Positions 14,361 through 28,876 of a stretch of DNA of 64,000 nucleotides are shown piece by piece; positions within the stretch are counted from its first letter, which is position 1; every line of letters starts with the position of its first letter. A program made the translations under genes and the position numbers. The stretch comes from Heterodontus francisci (taxonomy: Eukaryota), in NCBI RefSeq assembly GCF_036365525.1, contig NC_090406.1, positions 24,596,854 to 24,660,853 on the forward strand. Direction: 5' to 3'. A model generated the notes under the pieces. It was not told the origin of the DNA, did not search any database, and saw only the letters and a program-made list of their open reading frames with translations.

Positions 14361-15381
14361 AGGAGTTTTTCTGCAGGACAGATGGAGGCACGGATACATG
14401 CACTAAAGTATCAGTGGTAGGAAGGCGTAATTACATTATGCCAAGTTTATATAGGCAGCTTTGATTATAAATGTGATAACAGGAGTATAGTTTTGGACAG
14501 GCGTAGTAAAAAAAAAATTAATAAAATTTTGTAAATAAAAAAAGGAAAAATAATTTGTCTCAGGAATGGCTAAAGTCATAACTGCTGAGTTGTACCTTGT
14601 GGTTGATGCAATAGGAGGACTGATCACCGTAGAACCCCACATAGCTGAGCCACAAAGAAGGAGGATAAATGGAGTGTCAATCAATTCCTGAACGGCATTC
14701 AAAGAAGCCTATTGATGGCAAACAACTGCACAAAAGTGTGGTCTCAATCAAGTTCTCCCGCTCCACATGCTGCTTCTTCTAGCCCACCTCCTCCATCACT
14801 GTCCTGATCCAGAAAAGGGGAACGTGTGCTACTCCACTGTCCTTAGGCATCAACAAGGTCTCATCAGTCAGCAAAGCCTGAGCCAACCCCAAGTATACTT
14901 AAATTTATTTGTGCAGTTTCCAATGATAGAGGCTGTTTCTCAACATCTGGAAAAGCTTGGTGTCCCTAAAGAAAGCATCATACTAGGCTTTTATCTCTAG
15001 TATTTTAGGATTTAGAATTGGGATGTTTCCTTTTACATTAAAGCAAAATATCCTGAATCTCCTTAACTTCTAATTGAGTATGAATTGGAGATATTTTTCG
15101 ATCCTAGATTTGTGCTTTCTTGATATATTTCGATAAAGCCATGGTTAATGCCTAGAGCTTCTAATTAGGACAAAGAGCCCACTAAATTAAATATAACATT
15201 TTGATCATGCGGGGATTAAAAGCTATTTCCCCAAACCCAGTGAAGAATAAAATTACCCTACAAGGGAAGTTTTTTAATATTATAAATAGGATAAATTTAA
15301 ATGAGTTTTCTAATAAAATAGATGAGCAATTGACACACAGTCCCATCATGCCAAGAAATAAAAATAAAAAGATAAACTTCA

Positions 15382-15585
<204 letters not shown>

Positions 15586-18239
15586 CTATTTAAGGTGAAC
15601 TTCACAATTAAAAATGGAAATGTATGTATCCTCACTTTTAGCATCACCTACTTCTGTAGGAATTTAACACAACAAAAGTCATCACTTTTACTTAATTGAT
15701 GGGGCCAGCATATATGAACACAAGTGCATATGAAAGAAAGGAATAGCACAATTTTTCATTTCATTACTCTTCAATTTTCTTCTTTCCTTTGTAGCAGGCA
15801 CTAGTTTCAGCTGGGATACAGCTCAAGTACTGACCACCTACTGGTGCCTCAGCCAACTGGCAAAACTTCAAGAGCATAAGGAAAGTCACTCTATGGATTA
15901 TTCCAAACATGGACTAGATGTTCCTGCATGACATGTTCATCGATGGATCTTCTGCCCACCTAATGAGTTTAGTGAATTTATTGGGGTATTACTGTTGCTC
16001 CCTGTGATTGCTCACTTAAAACATGGAGGGAGGAATGGCAAGAGCTGCATTATTTAAATGTTTGCCACTGCTTGAAAAGCCTAGCTAATTTAGGACCAGC
16101 TTTGTTTGCAAGAAGGGGAAACCGTCTGAAAGTCAGAGATCAGTTTCAGGGTACAAAGCCCTCATTTGCAAGAGCATGAAATAGAGATTATGCTGGCCCA
16201 AATCAGGATGGAAAAGGATTAGGATTGCCAATTCTGGTTGGAGGTATTCCTGCAGATTTGAGGATGTGATTTTCTGACCACATGGCATTTGATCATGTGA
16301 TTCCTGATCATGTGACAATCACATGAACAAATATCTATCCCATTCCCTTTGAAATGCAGGTTTAGTCTCTAGCTCAATAGCCACATATGTGAAGAATCTC
16401 ACAGTCTACTATCATCAGGTCAAGAACCTTCCTCCTCCCTTCCCCCTTGTTTTGTCCAGTGAGAATCCTTGGTTTCCATTACCTCTTTTACCATTCACCC
16501 ACTAGTGGAAACAATCTTTCGCTGTTTACCCACAGTAAGGTCCCCAAGGTTTCACACCCTTTTAATTGGCTGCTCCTCTCTCAGTGCCACTTCCACTCAC
16601 CACCTTGCTGCTACTGCTCCGGGCTCTGTGCGAAATGCTGAGCCCCACACTCATGCTATTCCCCAGTATCCCTCATGGCCATAGTCCTTATTCCGCATCT
16701 CCCCCACCCTCCCCATTCATCAGTCTCCCTCTCTTCTCTGGCCACACTCAGAGTCAACCCCACCCTGCCCCCAAGCACCTGATTTCAGAGACCTCCCGCA
16801 ACCCCCCCTCTCCCCTACCGACCACTGGGGATTCTCTGCAGGTGCCAGCCCTGAGCAGTAGCCAGTGACAAGCCCGTGGAAAAAGCTTGGTAATGATTCT
16901 ATTTAAAATGAATGCCATTTAATCACCTTCTGACTCCCGATGCCATGCTACCAGTAATTAGTTACTGTACCTCATATAAGTGTTCATGTGGGTGTACTGC
17001 GACAGGCAATTTAAATTGTGATCTCCCAGGTTGCTGAAGGCAGCGTTTGAGATAGAAAGCCCCGATTCTGCAAAAGTCCCAGGAGGGTTCGGTACAATTT
17101 GAGATGGGGTGGCGGGGAAGGAGACTAGTCATAGGAATTTCCCAAGCACAGTAGGTAACTTTGTCAATTAGCAGCACCTGTTAGGTAGCTGGCAGAAGTT
17201 TAATGATCTGACCAATTTAGGGAAATTAAGAAGTTAGCTACATCATCCCAGAATACACAGGACTAAGCATGCTCATCAGTTACAACCGTCTTCTCTTCAC
17301 TGTGCTGCAACGATTCAAGAGCTTACAATTAGTTTCCAAAAGGTTCCATGGTGCCTTCAAAACTGCCAACCTTCATCTGTAAATGTTTCTTTCTCACAAA
17401 GTAACTTCATGGACCCAACAGAAAGCCTCACATGATATGCAACTTTTTCATGCAGCTGTTATCAACCCGTTATGTTCTGTCTGCTGACACCTCAGTTGAT
17501 CATCATCTCATGGCGTGTAGAGGGTATTAACACTATCTACATTCTGCTCAAAAGGGAAGCAGCTCATAACACAGAAGTTGAGAGAAAGACATTCCTGACC
17601 TTTTAAAATAAAGATGCTTTCAGAGTATCACGTACATGTAGACATTGGGAATAATATTCCCAAAATGGATGGAAAATAATAGGTCACACACCCATGACAT
17701 CCTGATATGTAGTTGGAGGGGGGGGGCGGGGGAAGGTGGGGGGACAGGCCTCAGCATTCAAAAATTGATCTCTGTAACGTTAAGTTTCAGGGATCAGACT
17801 AACCATGCAACAAGACACTAAATTTAAAAAATAACTTCATTTAATGACCTCAGTGAAACATACTATTTTGGTCTGATTGCACTCTGTGAAGCACCTTGTG
17901 ACAATTATTTGCATTAATGTATGTTGTTGTTGTCAATCAACAAATTAAGAGATCGGATATTCTGTCAGTTACTTTGAAAGTTAAATATTGCTCCAGCTGA
18001 AGAAGCCTGAAGACACTGGCCTAAAAACATATGACCTTTGTTAACACATCACATAAGTCTCGCTCTTTTCCCTTTCCCTGACAAATGGCAAATGATTGAT
18101 TAGAAAAAGCTACAATCTTAGGTCAACAAGCAATCAAACACATATTTGAAGGTGCAACATGTGTACTGAATGTTATAACATGTATAGCATAGTACTTCAG
18201 TGATCTGAAAACTAAAAATGACAAATACATAGCTACTTA

Positions 18240-18449
<210 letters not shown>

Positions 18450-20519
18450 CTAAAAATACCCACCGACTAAAAGAATTATTGTGATGAGTGTTACATTGAA
18501 GTGCTAATCTTGCCTACGTCTATCCCTTCAATAATGGATAGTTTTAATTTTAAAATCACCACAGTCTCCCCAGGTATTAGATTTCTTTCCCCATTCTATA
18601 TATTGAAATATGTTGCATTAGAACATGAATAACATTGACAGAATTTAATTGTCCCTTGCATTGCAACCCTTACAAGATTATTTTCATAAATCAAATGTCA
18701 TGTTGTTGAATGCAGTACTGATTATTCACTAATATAACTGCAACTTTTGTTAAACTGTTGTGTCAATCAAATAATCTTTTCTCAGTTTCTCATACTGCAT
18801 CAGAAAAGTATAAAACTTATACGCTGCTAAAATGCTCTGCATAAATTGTTTGTATGTGTAAGTTAAATGATTGGTACATGCAAGAAAATTGATAAAGACT
18901 GTAGCTTTGTTACATGACATAAGGATCCTGATACCAAAGCTCACTGTTTGGAAAAACTGAATACTGTTTAGAGATGTGACAGGTTAACATTATGAGACTA
19001 CAGCAGGTAGCATATCAAGCAAGTTGTACAGTAAATCAATGATATTTTGTTAACCACAGAAATGGTCATTTTAATTTATACAAAGATATTAGCGAAAATG
19101 TTTCTTGAAGGCTTTTCAGTTGATATACTTATCATTCACTGGTTTTAAGACATTAACACTTTTGGGAAGATGTTTAATTAAATATATGAGTCAGGTGCAG
19201 AGTTCTTAAGTATGGATGTGAATAAGTGTAGTCTTGTACAGATCATATGTTCTCTGTACAAATATGAAACTAATGCAGGCTTTATTGTATGTTTGTCTCT
19301 AAGATGGTCAACAGGTGCCAGTATGTCTGTACACTTGTAGATGATGTACGTTCTTGACGGGTTTAATATATCAAGCCAGGAAGAAGATTTTCAAAAGGTG
19401 TGAATGACACTCATTTTGTACTTAATTCATTTTGGAACAGACATTATCAAAGAGACAGATGAACAAGCAAGGCATTGTAAGACATTCACATTTCTATATT
19501 TATATAAATTATATATTGTGTAGATTTTCCGTTACTTCTAGGCAAATTGAAGAGATAGTACAATATATAAACCCCAGGTTTGAAGACTGCTGAGCAGTGA
19601 GAAATTAAGGGAGACTAGATACAAAACATTTCCAGGAACTGTACTGAAGTTTGCACTGTAATGGAGTTAGACTTGTGGACAACAATATTTACCATTTAGT
19701 GCTAAGGAACTAGAGGGCATCATCACAGCTCTGGGATTTTAGCAGCTAGTCATTGTGTAAAATAGTACTGTTCGATGTTTTTACTTGTAAAGGCTCCAGT
19801 CAAGAAATCAAGTAATTCAATATGGAGCCTGAACCAAACGTGAGCATGTTGTACAGGTATTTCATCTCCCAGAACAACTAGGAGAAACAAGATTGCATAA
19901 TGTGCTGGTTAGCAAGGACTTGTGAGTCATAACGGTATGAGACCCCTTTCTGGGCAGAAATCCAAGTGCTGTAGATTCTGGGGCATGAGGTTCACTTACA
20001 GGGAGCAACACCATTGAAAAGAAGGATTTTCCATTAAAGTAGCTTAATCATTTGTTACAAAGAACAATATTATAAGATACAGTGAAATAAAATAAATGTT
20101 ACATCAATCAAATGCTAATGTATTCTCATCTGAATGGTATAGATGACTTTTATTTTGAGGGGGGCACTGGAAGATTGCATGAAATATTAAAATATGGAGA
20201 AATCTACTGTACTTGCTTTAATTTCTGCAATTACTAACAAATGTGATTTGTCGGTTATAGCTTGAGATACACAATCTGTTACAGTATTATTTATCAGTGA
20301 ACTGAAGAAACTAGGAGACTAGAAGGTTTATGATACCGTTTAATGAGTCTATCAGCAGTATGGGGATTTATTATTCACCCCAGGTATAGTACCTCGCAAA
20401 TTACATTGCAAATAAGGTCACATATTGGTTCAGAAGGAGCGTGAGCTTCCCTGTGGAAATGGAAATTTGTGTTTGGCATAAGAGAAAGTATTGGGACATC
20501 AACTGAATCATTTATTTAT

Positions 20520-20940
20520 TTATTTAGGATTTTTAATGTAGAAAAATATCCCAAAGCATTCTACAGAGGAGAAATGTATGCTGTCCTTAGTGGTCAAATT
20601 AGGAGAGATGATCAAAAGCATGATTGAAAACAAAGGTTTTGAAGACGCTTTAAAGGATGGCAGACAAATAGCAAGAGCAAAGGGGAGAGAGAGGAGTTCC
20701 AAACAGTAGAGCCAAGACAGCTAAAGGCTCTCCCACAGCAATAAGCAGAGGGACGGAAAATGTGTAGCAGCTGAGAGAGGACTGAAGGATTTGGTCTGCA
20801 GAGTAAAGTGAGAAGAAGTTGCAAAACTGGGGTTGTGAAAAGTTATAGATGGGCTTATAGATAAGGATGAGGAGGTGGCAGCAGGTGCATGTACATGGAT
20901 AGTCCTGATCTTTGAGACAAAAAGGTCCATCAGCTGCTTG
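20520..20940 (-). mobile_element. L2-like LINE 3' fragment
   Basis: Minus strand GRAFSCLGSTVWNS..L..FK..LK-type RT tail. Confidence 0.55.
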
Positions 20941-22191
20941 CACTTAGCTTTGGAGATGAAGATGAAAGGAAAGTGTGGTTTGTTGTTGAGTTTGGGATTA
21001 TCTCTTTACTGCAGGGTGATGCTAGAGTAGGAGCAGGATTTGGCTGTACAGAGCAAGGTTCAATATTGCCGAAGATAGAATACTGTCGTTTCTGAAAACA
21101 AAATAACATGCCAGCAGACTAAAGCGTATAAAATTTTATCTATTTCAACAAGCATACTGCAACAAATTAGAGAATAGTATACAGAGACAAAAAAAGCAAG
21201 ACATTATTAATATACAACAGCCAAACTTACACACTGTATGAACTGATCCGTCTTCCTTAAAAAAAACAAAATCCTTGCAGATTTCTTTCATAAATTCTTG
21301 AAAACTTACAATATGGTGGTAAGTTACAGGGAAATGATTCCTTACCGAGCTCCTACTGGCACATATTAATGGCAAGGAATGCAAGACCCCAAAAGAGTGT
21401 CTAGCTTATAAGGTGTCTTTTCCTTTGAGAAAAAATTGTTTGATCTTCAATTGTCAAAACAATCAAAATGGTAAGTATTTTTAACACTGAAGTGCTCAAG
21501 GTGTAGCATGAACTAAGATTTTGCGCAGCTTAATAGTCTAAGTTTAACACCTAACAATAGAATAAATATGAAGTAAGCCTCATTTTATAACTTAATTAAA
21601 CTGTGACCAAAGGCTTACGGAGAGTCAGATACACAGGCTCAAATATTGACAGGGGCTTTCTGAGTAGGGGGTTGGAGTTTTGGTCGGGAAGCCCAGAAGT
21701 TCGGAATTTGATTCTTTGACAAGATTCCCACCCACAAGTTAGCCTGATTGGCAAGCTTGGCTCCTAGTGTGGCAGGGATTGCTCTGTAGCAGGCCACAGG
21801 AGAAGGTAGGGAGCCTGCCTCTGCTCATGGGAGTGGGGAGGGACACACACACCAACCAATCCCTGACCCCGGGTGGGGGGCTGGTGTTCAATGGCAGAGA
21901 AGCAGGTAGGTTGGTGGGATGGGAGGAAGCACTCCAGCTCCTCCTGGTATTTTAATAAACATGCTACAGTAAATTAATTTTAATTTTATCTAAGTACAGT
22001 TCTGATATGCTATTTCTGTCACAGTGAAAAGTATTAGCAAAGTTGGAAGGATTCTCTTCCCTTCAGACTAATTAAGCCCCATTACATTCTAAACTGTATA
22101 TGCCAGGAAAAGGGAACAGTTAAATAGCAAAGTAAAAATAAAGGCTGCATATCAAAGAAGAAACTTTATCAACTCCTTGTAGAATTTTCTA

Positions 22192-22368
<177 letters not shown>

Positions 22369-23648
22369 CTAAGAAGAGAGACTGAAATAAGTCTAAAAAT
22401 ATTACAAAATTGTAAAACATTTTTCTGTACTTTCTTAATACTTCCAACAGGTAACATCCCTCAATATCACACTAGATTTTACATGAATAAGAAACATTGT
22501 GCAAAACTGAAAATTTTACTCCACTGAATTTTACTTCCTTTTAGGAAAATATTTGTCCTACAGTTGAAACACAAATACACCTTCAATTCTCCATGGACTG
22601 CTCTGATCTTTTTGATTGTGTAATCAGAAATCATGAGGCACAGTAATACCTGAGGAAATTATGACACGTATGAATCAGAGCCGATTTCAACATCTTTGAT
22701 TTAGTTTCCTCTCCAACCCAAATTTGCTTAATCTACATCCCGAGTATTATTCAAGGTCAGGAAAGGGGAATATAACTAATCTTCACATCCCTTAGTGCTG
22801 GGCCTGATTACCTGCTTTCCTGCTATATACCCAATCCAATTCTGAGCTTGAGACATCCATAGTCTTCTTTCCAGGGTTAGACAGGAGAAAAGTGCAGACG
22901 AATGCTGGTAATTCTACCCAACATTACATACGAGCATACAAAAATGACAAGACAATTAAAGACCAACTGGTCCATCACATCTATCCTATGCTTCACAATA
23001 CAGACACCCTACCCACAGAGAGCCAAGCAATCTCCTGGAGAGGCAAAAAAAAGATAAAAACTGAGGCTGATTAGGGAAAATTCCTCTTCTATTTTTTTAG
23101 GAGATCAAAACTAGTCCAGGAGCTCACATTAGGATTCAGGTTGTTTGTTTATGCAATAAGTCACTTAGTAAACAAAACGGCTGATCTTTGGTTAGATCCC
23201 AAATAATCCATTGCTCGATTATTTCCCCCTCAACAAGAAACATAGTTTTTTTTGTTTTTTGTAAGAAGCAGAAGTGAGACATTTGAAGGATGTAATTTTG
23301 ATCACGCCCAGAATTCAGTGGTAAAGGTATACCTAAAGCTACAGGACCATCTGGTAAGTGAGTACACTAAAATTAATTCTGTGTAAATAGTTGGGATGTA
23401 TAGGAATGACGACAACAGGTGCTCCAGCTGTACAAAGCCTTGGTCAGATCCCATTTGAAGAACTGCACTTAGTTTTGGGCACCACACTTCCAAAAGGATA
23501 TGTAAAGCCAGTATACCCTTTCCTGAACAGCAAATTCTCTCTCACGTATACAACTGTCCACAGGTGCCCTGTTCAGCCCTCCCCACATATTTGTCATAAT
23601 ACAGTTTACAGTTTGATACCAGTGATGTTACCAACTGACAAGCATCAG

Positions 23649-24376
23649 GGGTTGAATATTACGCCCTCCCCTGGTGGCGGGTTTGGATGCGGGGAGAGCA
23701 TAAAATCAGGTGGGACGGTGGTGGGGGTGGGGAACCCCGCCACCATCATGCCTCTGCTGAAATTTAGTCTGGGGTGGGAAGACCTGTGAACTGCCTTCCT
23801 GCCCTGCCACCAGCTGAGGTCGTTAACTGGGTAATTAACCCCCAATTAAGGGCCTCTTCCCGCTGCAGCTACTTGTGTGGTGGGCGGCCATGTAGCCACA
23901 CTGGAAGAACGGCACAAAAAATAGTGCGGGCTGCTTCCGCACTCTGGGTTGGGTGGGGGGGTGCGGGGATCCCTCATCTAAAGGCACTTAGTGCCTGAAT
24001 GTGGTACCTGGCATCAGGAAAGGGGGGCCTGCTGCCGACCACCCCCTGCCCTTGCTGCCGACCCTCTCTCACCCCACCCCGCGAGACCTCTCCCGCCCTG
24101 ACCTACCTTAAGCCTGGTTCCAGCTCTGCTCCTCAGTGTCTGGTTGCTGCAGATACAGCAGCAGCCACCGCATCTGTGGTGACGTTGCAGCTGCTGGCCT
24201 CTAATTGGCCGGCAGCTCTGCAAGGCCGGGACTTCCGGTGACGGGGTCCTAAATCCTATGGAAGGCCAGCCACTGTCCAGTTAAGTGCCTGATTGCCATA
24301 TAAAAGGAGACGCGGGGATCTTGGTGTCAGTTTCCCCCGACGTCGAGACCTCCGCCGCTAGCATAAAATTCCCCCT
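23649..24376. mobile_element. GC-rich MITE with 3-bp TSD CAG
   Basis: Imperfect TIRs GGGTTGAATATTACG / CATAAAATTCCCCCT, CAG on both flanks. Confidence 0.8.
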
Positions 24377-24853
24377 CAGGTCTCTAACAATTGATAGAAC
24401 TAGTAGATAATATGGTCTCTGATGTATTGTCTGCTGTTTTATGTATTGTGCATGGAATATTTTTTAATGAAATTTTTTAAAAATCACATTCTAAAACACT
24501 GCCCGATTCCGCTGGTTCGTGGAAGATTTTACGTTCGGCAATATGTAAATGAGTTTGAGCAGAAACTTGAGCAAAAAATTCTCTTTACGAATCTAGCACA
24601 ATTTTGAGTATGTTTTTTTCAAATTAGCGCAAAAGATCGTAAAAATCTGACTTACACTGGACGTAATTTGCACTTGATATTCCATGACCTTTTGTGCAAG
24701 ATTAGCTAATTTAGGGCGAACGGCGCACAACCTAACAGAAACTCCAGGTCGATGTGTTTTAATACTGTTACTGTATTTTGATGCTCAAGCTGTACTTTTT
24801 TCTGTTCCAAACCTTGTCACTTGCACAGTAGTAGATTAAATATATATTTATTA

Positions 24854-24994
<141 letters not shown>

Positions 24995-26224
24995 TTAAAT
25001 AAAATAGAACAAATCCATTCAAATTTTAATGGCATTAAAAGGTATAGAGCATATTCTAATTGGGTACAATCCAGGAGTTCAGCATGTCAACTTCATACAT
25101 CAGCATTCTTGTACCATTGGACAAATTGAACCATAGCAAACATTTTTTGTATTTTCATTTGTTCTACAATTCAGGTAATTTAACTTGCAACAGTATCTAT
25201 TTTTATGTATTAAACCTAATCATACTTTTATTCCATCTATTCCAATGACACAAGTCTAACTCTCATGCCACAAAAGTAAGTTATGTACAGATGGCATAGT
25301 CTACAAATCATTACATAAATCTTCAAGCATTAAACTAGACTTCCCTAGTCTATCAGATTTCACTTTGTGCATTGAGGAGGTGGATTTACAATTTATGCTA
25401 ACATTAGAACAGTGTGATATGAAGTAAACTTGCTGCAGCACAAGCTATCTGTGCAAGACAATTAACGCATTTTTGATTCATTTACTGCGCTATAGTGGAG
25501 TAAATTCAGTCGAAGAGAAGAGTGTACACTGTGCAATAGCTCTCCACTTTATGGCCTAGAAATTGACCCCACTCTGCCTGTTTTTCAGGTGCAAAATCAA
25601 TTCAAAAAGCACCAATTTCATGATGTTGTGCCCCGTGACCCCAGGGAGTTTGAAATACGTTAAACCCAATATTGTCTAAAATAGGCATTAGTTCCCCTGC
25701 AAATACTTATGACCAGCCTAACGCCTGTTTGAGGACTCATTCTTGCAATTGGTTAGCACGAAGAGCAGTGTGTGTTGGGCCGCTTCCACTCAGTTATTCA
25801 GGTGCTTCAGCGGCCTAACCAGTGGTTCTTAAAGGCCATCAACCGAAAGATGCATTTTTAAATAAATTACCTTTATGTGCAGCTGAGAGGAGCAGGGGTT
25901 CTTCTCCTGGCTCCACAACACTGGCAGGCCACTGCTAGCCTGCATTAGCCTCTCTCCACCTCCCATCACCCCTCCCCCCCCACCCCAGGACATACTGAAG
26001 ACTGCTGAAGTGAGTGTCCCAAATTGGGGAGTCACAAACTGGCATATAAATATATCTTTTAGGTTGTATAACACAACTGTATACTTTAGACTTATTTTGA
26101 TAAATATACTCAAAGAGCTACTTAATAGGATCACCTTAGAATAATTAAACAGACAAAAATGTTAATATTTTCTCATCAGTATGACTTTATCTTCAGCTTC
26201 AGTACAATTACCTTCATAAAAAAG

Positions 26225-26345
26225 AAAAATATTGCGGATGCTGGAAATCTGAAATAAAAACAGAAAATATTGGAAACAGTCAGCAGGTCTGGCAAATGCT
26301 GCCCCACCTGCTGAGTATTCCCTGCATTTTTTGCTTTAATTTCAA
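26225..26345. repeat. Short inverted remnant of a Penelope-type terminal repeat
   Basis: ctggaaatctgaaataaaaacagaaaat... followed by its inverted partner; same family as 46347-46560. Confidence 0.55.
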
Positions 26346-26998
26346 TGACCTTAATCCTACACTAAATGGTGTCTCCATTCTGAACATCAGATTCTTGACA
26401 CAGCTCTTTCAGTTCAAACAGATGTGAGCAATTTCCTGCTGTCAGTTTGAGGCTTCCGAGAAAAAAATAAGACTGCCAATATCCCTTTCCATTAGTGATA
26501 ATTAGAAACCGGAATGGCTAGCCGGGGGTCTACTTTAGCTTCTTTTTGTATGGCTACTAAACTGCAGTAACTATCTTACACACACATATAGTGCAATTGG
26601 CTGGGAACTGTTAGGTGCAAAATATATCCATGACAACATGTTTAACACTTTATATTTCAGTGTCAATTTAGTCAATGCAGTGGGTTAATCATGTAATGAA
26701 AAGAAAATTGCATCAACAGAAGCCCAAACAAGCAAATGCGTATCTCACACTGCGAGGCCAACCCGAAAGATGTAAACTAGATGCTTATTTCTCCTTTGCA
26801 ACTGTATTTTCTTACATTGTAGGCTAGTTGCTAATTGTCTGAAACTAGTAAAATTTAGGTAACCCTCAAAGGTGGCTGATATTAACACAGGCTACTGTAT
26901 CTTTTGTACATTATTTCTAATTTCTAATCTGGACTTTTATTCATATTTTTAATCATGACATAATTCTGCTTAGATGAAAAGAAACTTAAAAGATGTTA

Positions 26999-27106
<108 letters not shown>

Positions 27107-28876
27107 TTAATAATGATTGAAAACATGAGGGTAGATTTTCAACCTACTGCCTGATCATTAAACTCCTGTCACGGACAAACCATCTCTTTTAGAATCTACC
27201 CAATTTTCATTTCCATTGATTCTGATGGAAACAAAATCTGTGCCATCATGTTAAAATAGGCAGTCATCTCTCAATACTGATCTGCATATCTAAATAGTAG
27301 TTAGTATACTATCTCAATCAAAAGTAGTCATTTGGAACAGATTATTCTGAACTGACTCAGAAGAATTAAACAGAACCAATACTCTTGTCATTCATTATAA
27401 CAAAGCAGTTACAGAAGTAGAACCACAACGTATACACATAATTGCTACACCACAATTGTGCAACACTGACTTTTCTTTTTGCAGATTCTCCATGTTTCAC
27501 ATATCCGAGACTCTACTGAGAATCCAGAAACATGAACAAGCATGTTCTGCAGAAAACTGTACAGTATTCTTTTATTGTCAACATAAAACAATTTCTTGTA
27601 GAATGTCCATTTCAAATTGAGAATTTTCTATCGTGCACAAATAAAACAAAATTTTTATTCATGCTTTGTCTTAACTAAGGTAAAAACATGAATAAATGGG
27701 TAGTTTGTGCATGGAAGTGTTTTAACTCAAGGCGTTGCACTATTATTAGTGCTTGGTCAAATTAATCTGCACTAAGGCTCGTATATATTTGGTTCAAAAA
27801 ATATTCAGTTTGTTGAAATAATATTTGGTTTATCTCCATCACTCTGCCAGAACTGCTGAGTATTTCCAGCATTTTCTGCTGTAATTTCAATTACTTTAAT
27901 CCTACACTAAATGGTGAGTCCATTCTGAACATCTGATTCCTGTCACAGGGCTTTCAGTTCAAACAGACATGAGCAATTTGCTGCTGTCAGTTTGAGCCTA
28001 CCGAGAAAAAAATAAGACTGCCAATATCCCTTTCCATTACTGATAATTAGCAACTGGAAAGGTTAGCTGCAGGTCTACATTAGCTTCTATTTGTACTACA
28101 ACTAAACTGCAGTAACTCTCTTACACATATTTATATGGGGGGAATTTTATGGAGGTAATGGGGGTCTCAGCCACTGGCTGGAGAGCCGGCGAGAGACCCA
28201 TGTTGCCTCCTTTGGGGAAGGCCCACTGAATTATGAGCCAATCAGACAATTAACAGCCAACCGGCAGGCCTTCCACAGGTTCAGGATCTCAGGGACAGGA
28301 AGCCTTGCTTGCTGAGAACTGCCAGCCAATCAGAGGCCAGCAGCTCTTTTGCTCAGCAACGCCACCGGGATGGTGGTGGCTGCTGCCAGGATGACACCCA
28401 CAGGAGGCCGAGGATTGCAGAGCAAACCAGGCCATTGGTAAGTGATGGCAGGAGGAGATTTGCGGGATGGGGGTCACGGGGGAGGGAGGTGTAAAGGGGC
28501 TGGCAGCAAGGACAGAATGGTTGGCTCACAGCGCCCCCTCCCCCCAACCTTCTCGATGCCAGGTCCCTCGATTGGACATTAAGTGCCTTTGAACGAGGGA
28601 CCGCTCACCCCGAGAGACCACAAGTAACCCCGCACAGGTTTGCACGTTGTGCTCCCCGTGTGGCGACAGGCCCTCCTGCTCTGGGTTAATACCAGTGGCG
28701 GGGGGTAAGAGGCCCTTAATTGGACATCAAGGGCCTCAATTTGCGACAGGGTGGGTAGGTCATCCACAGGCCTTCCCACCACGGACTTAATCGGGCTGGA
28801 GGCGGGAAAGTGGCAGGGTCCCCATCTCCACCATCCTGCCCTATTAAATGCCTTCCCTGCCACCAAATATGCCACA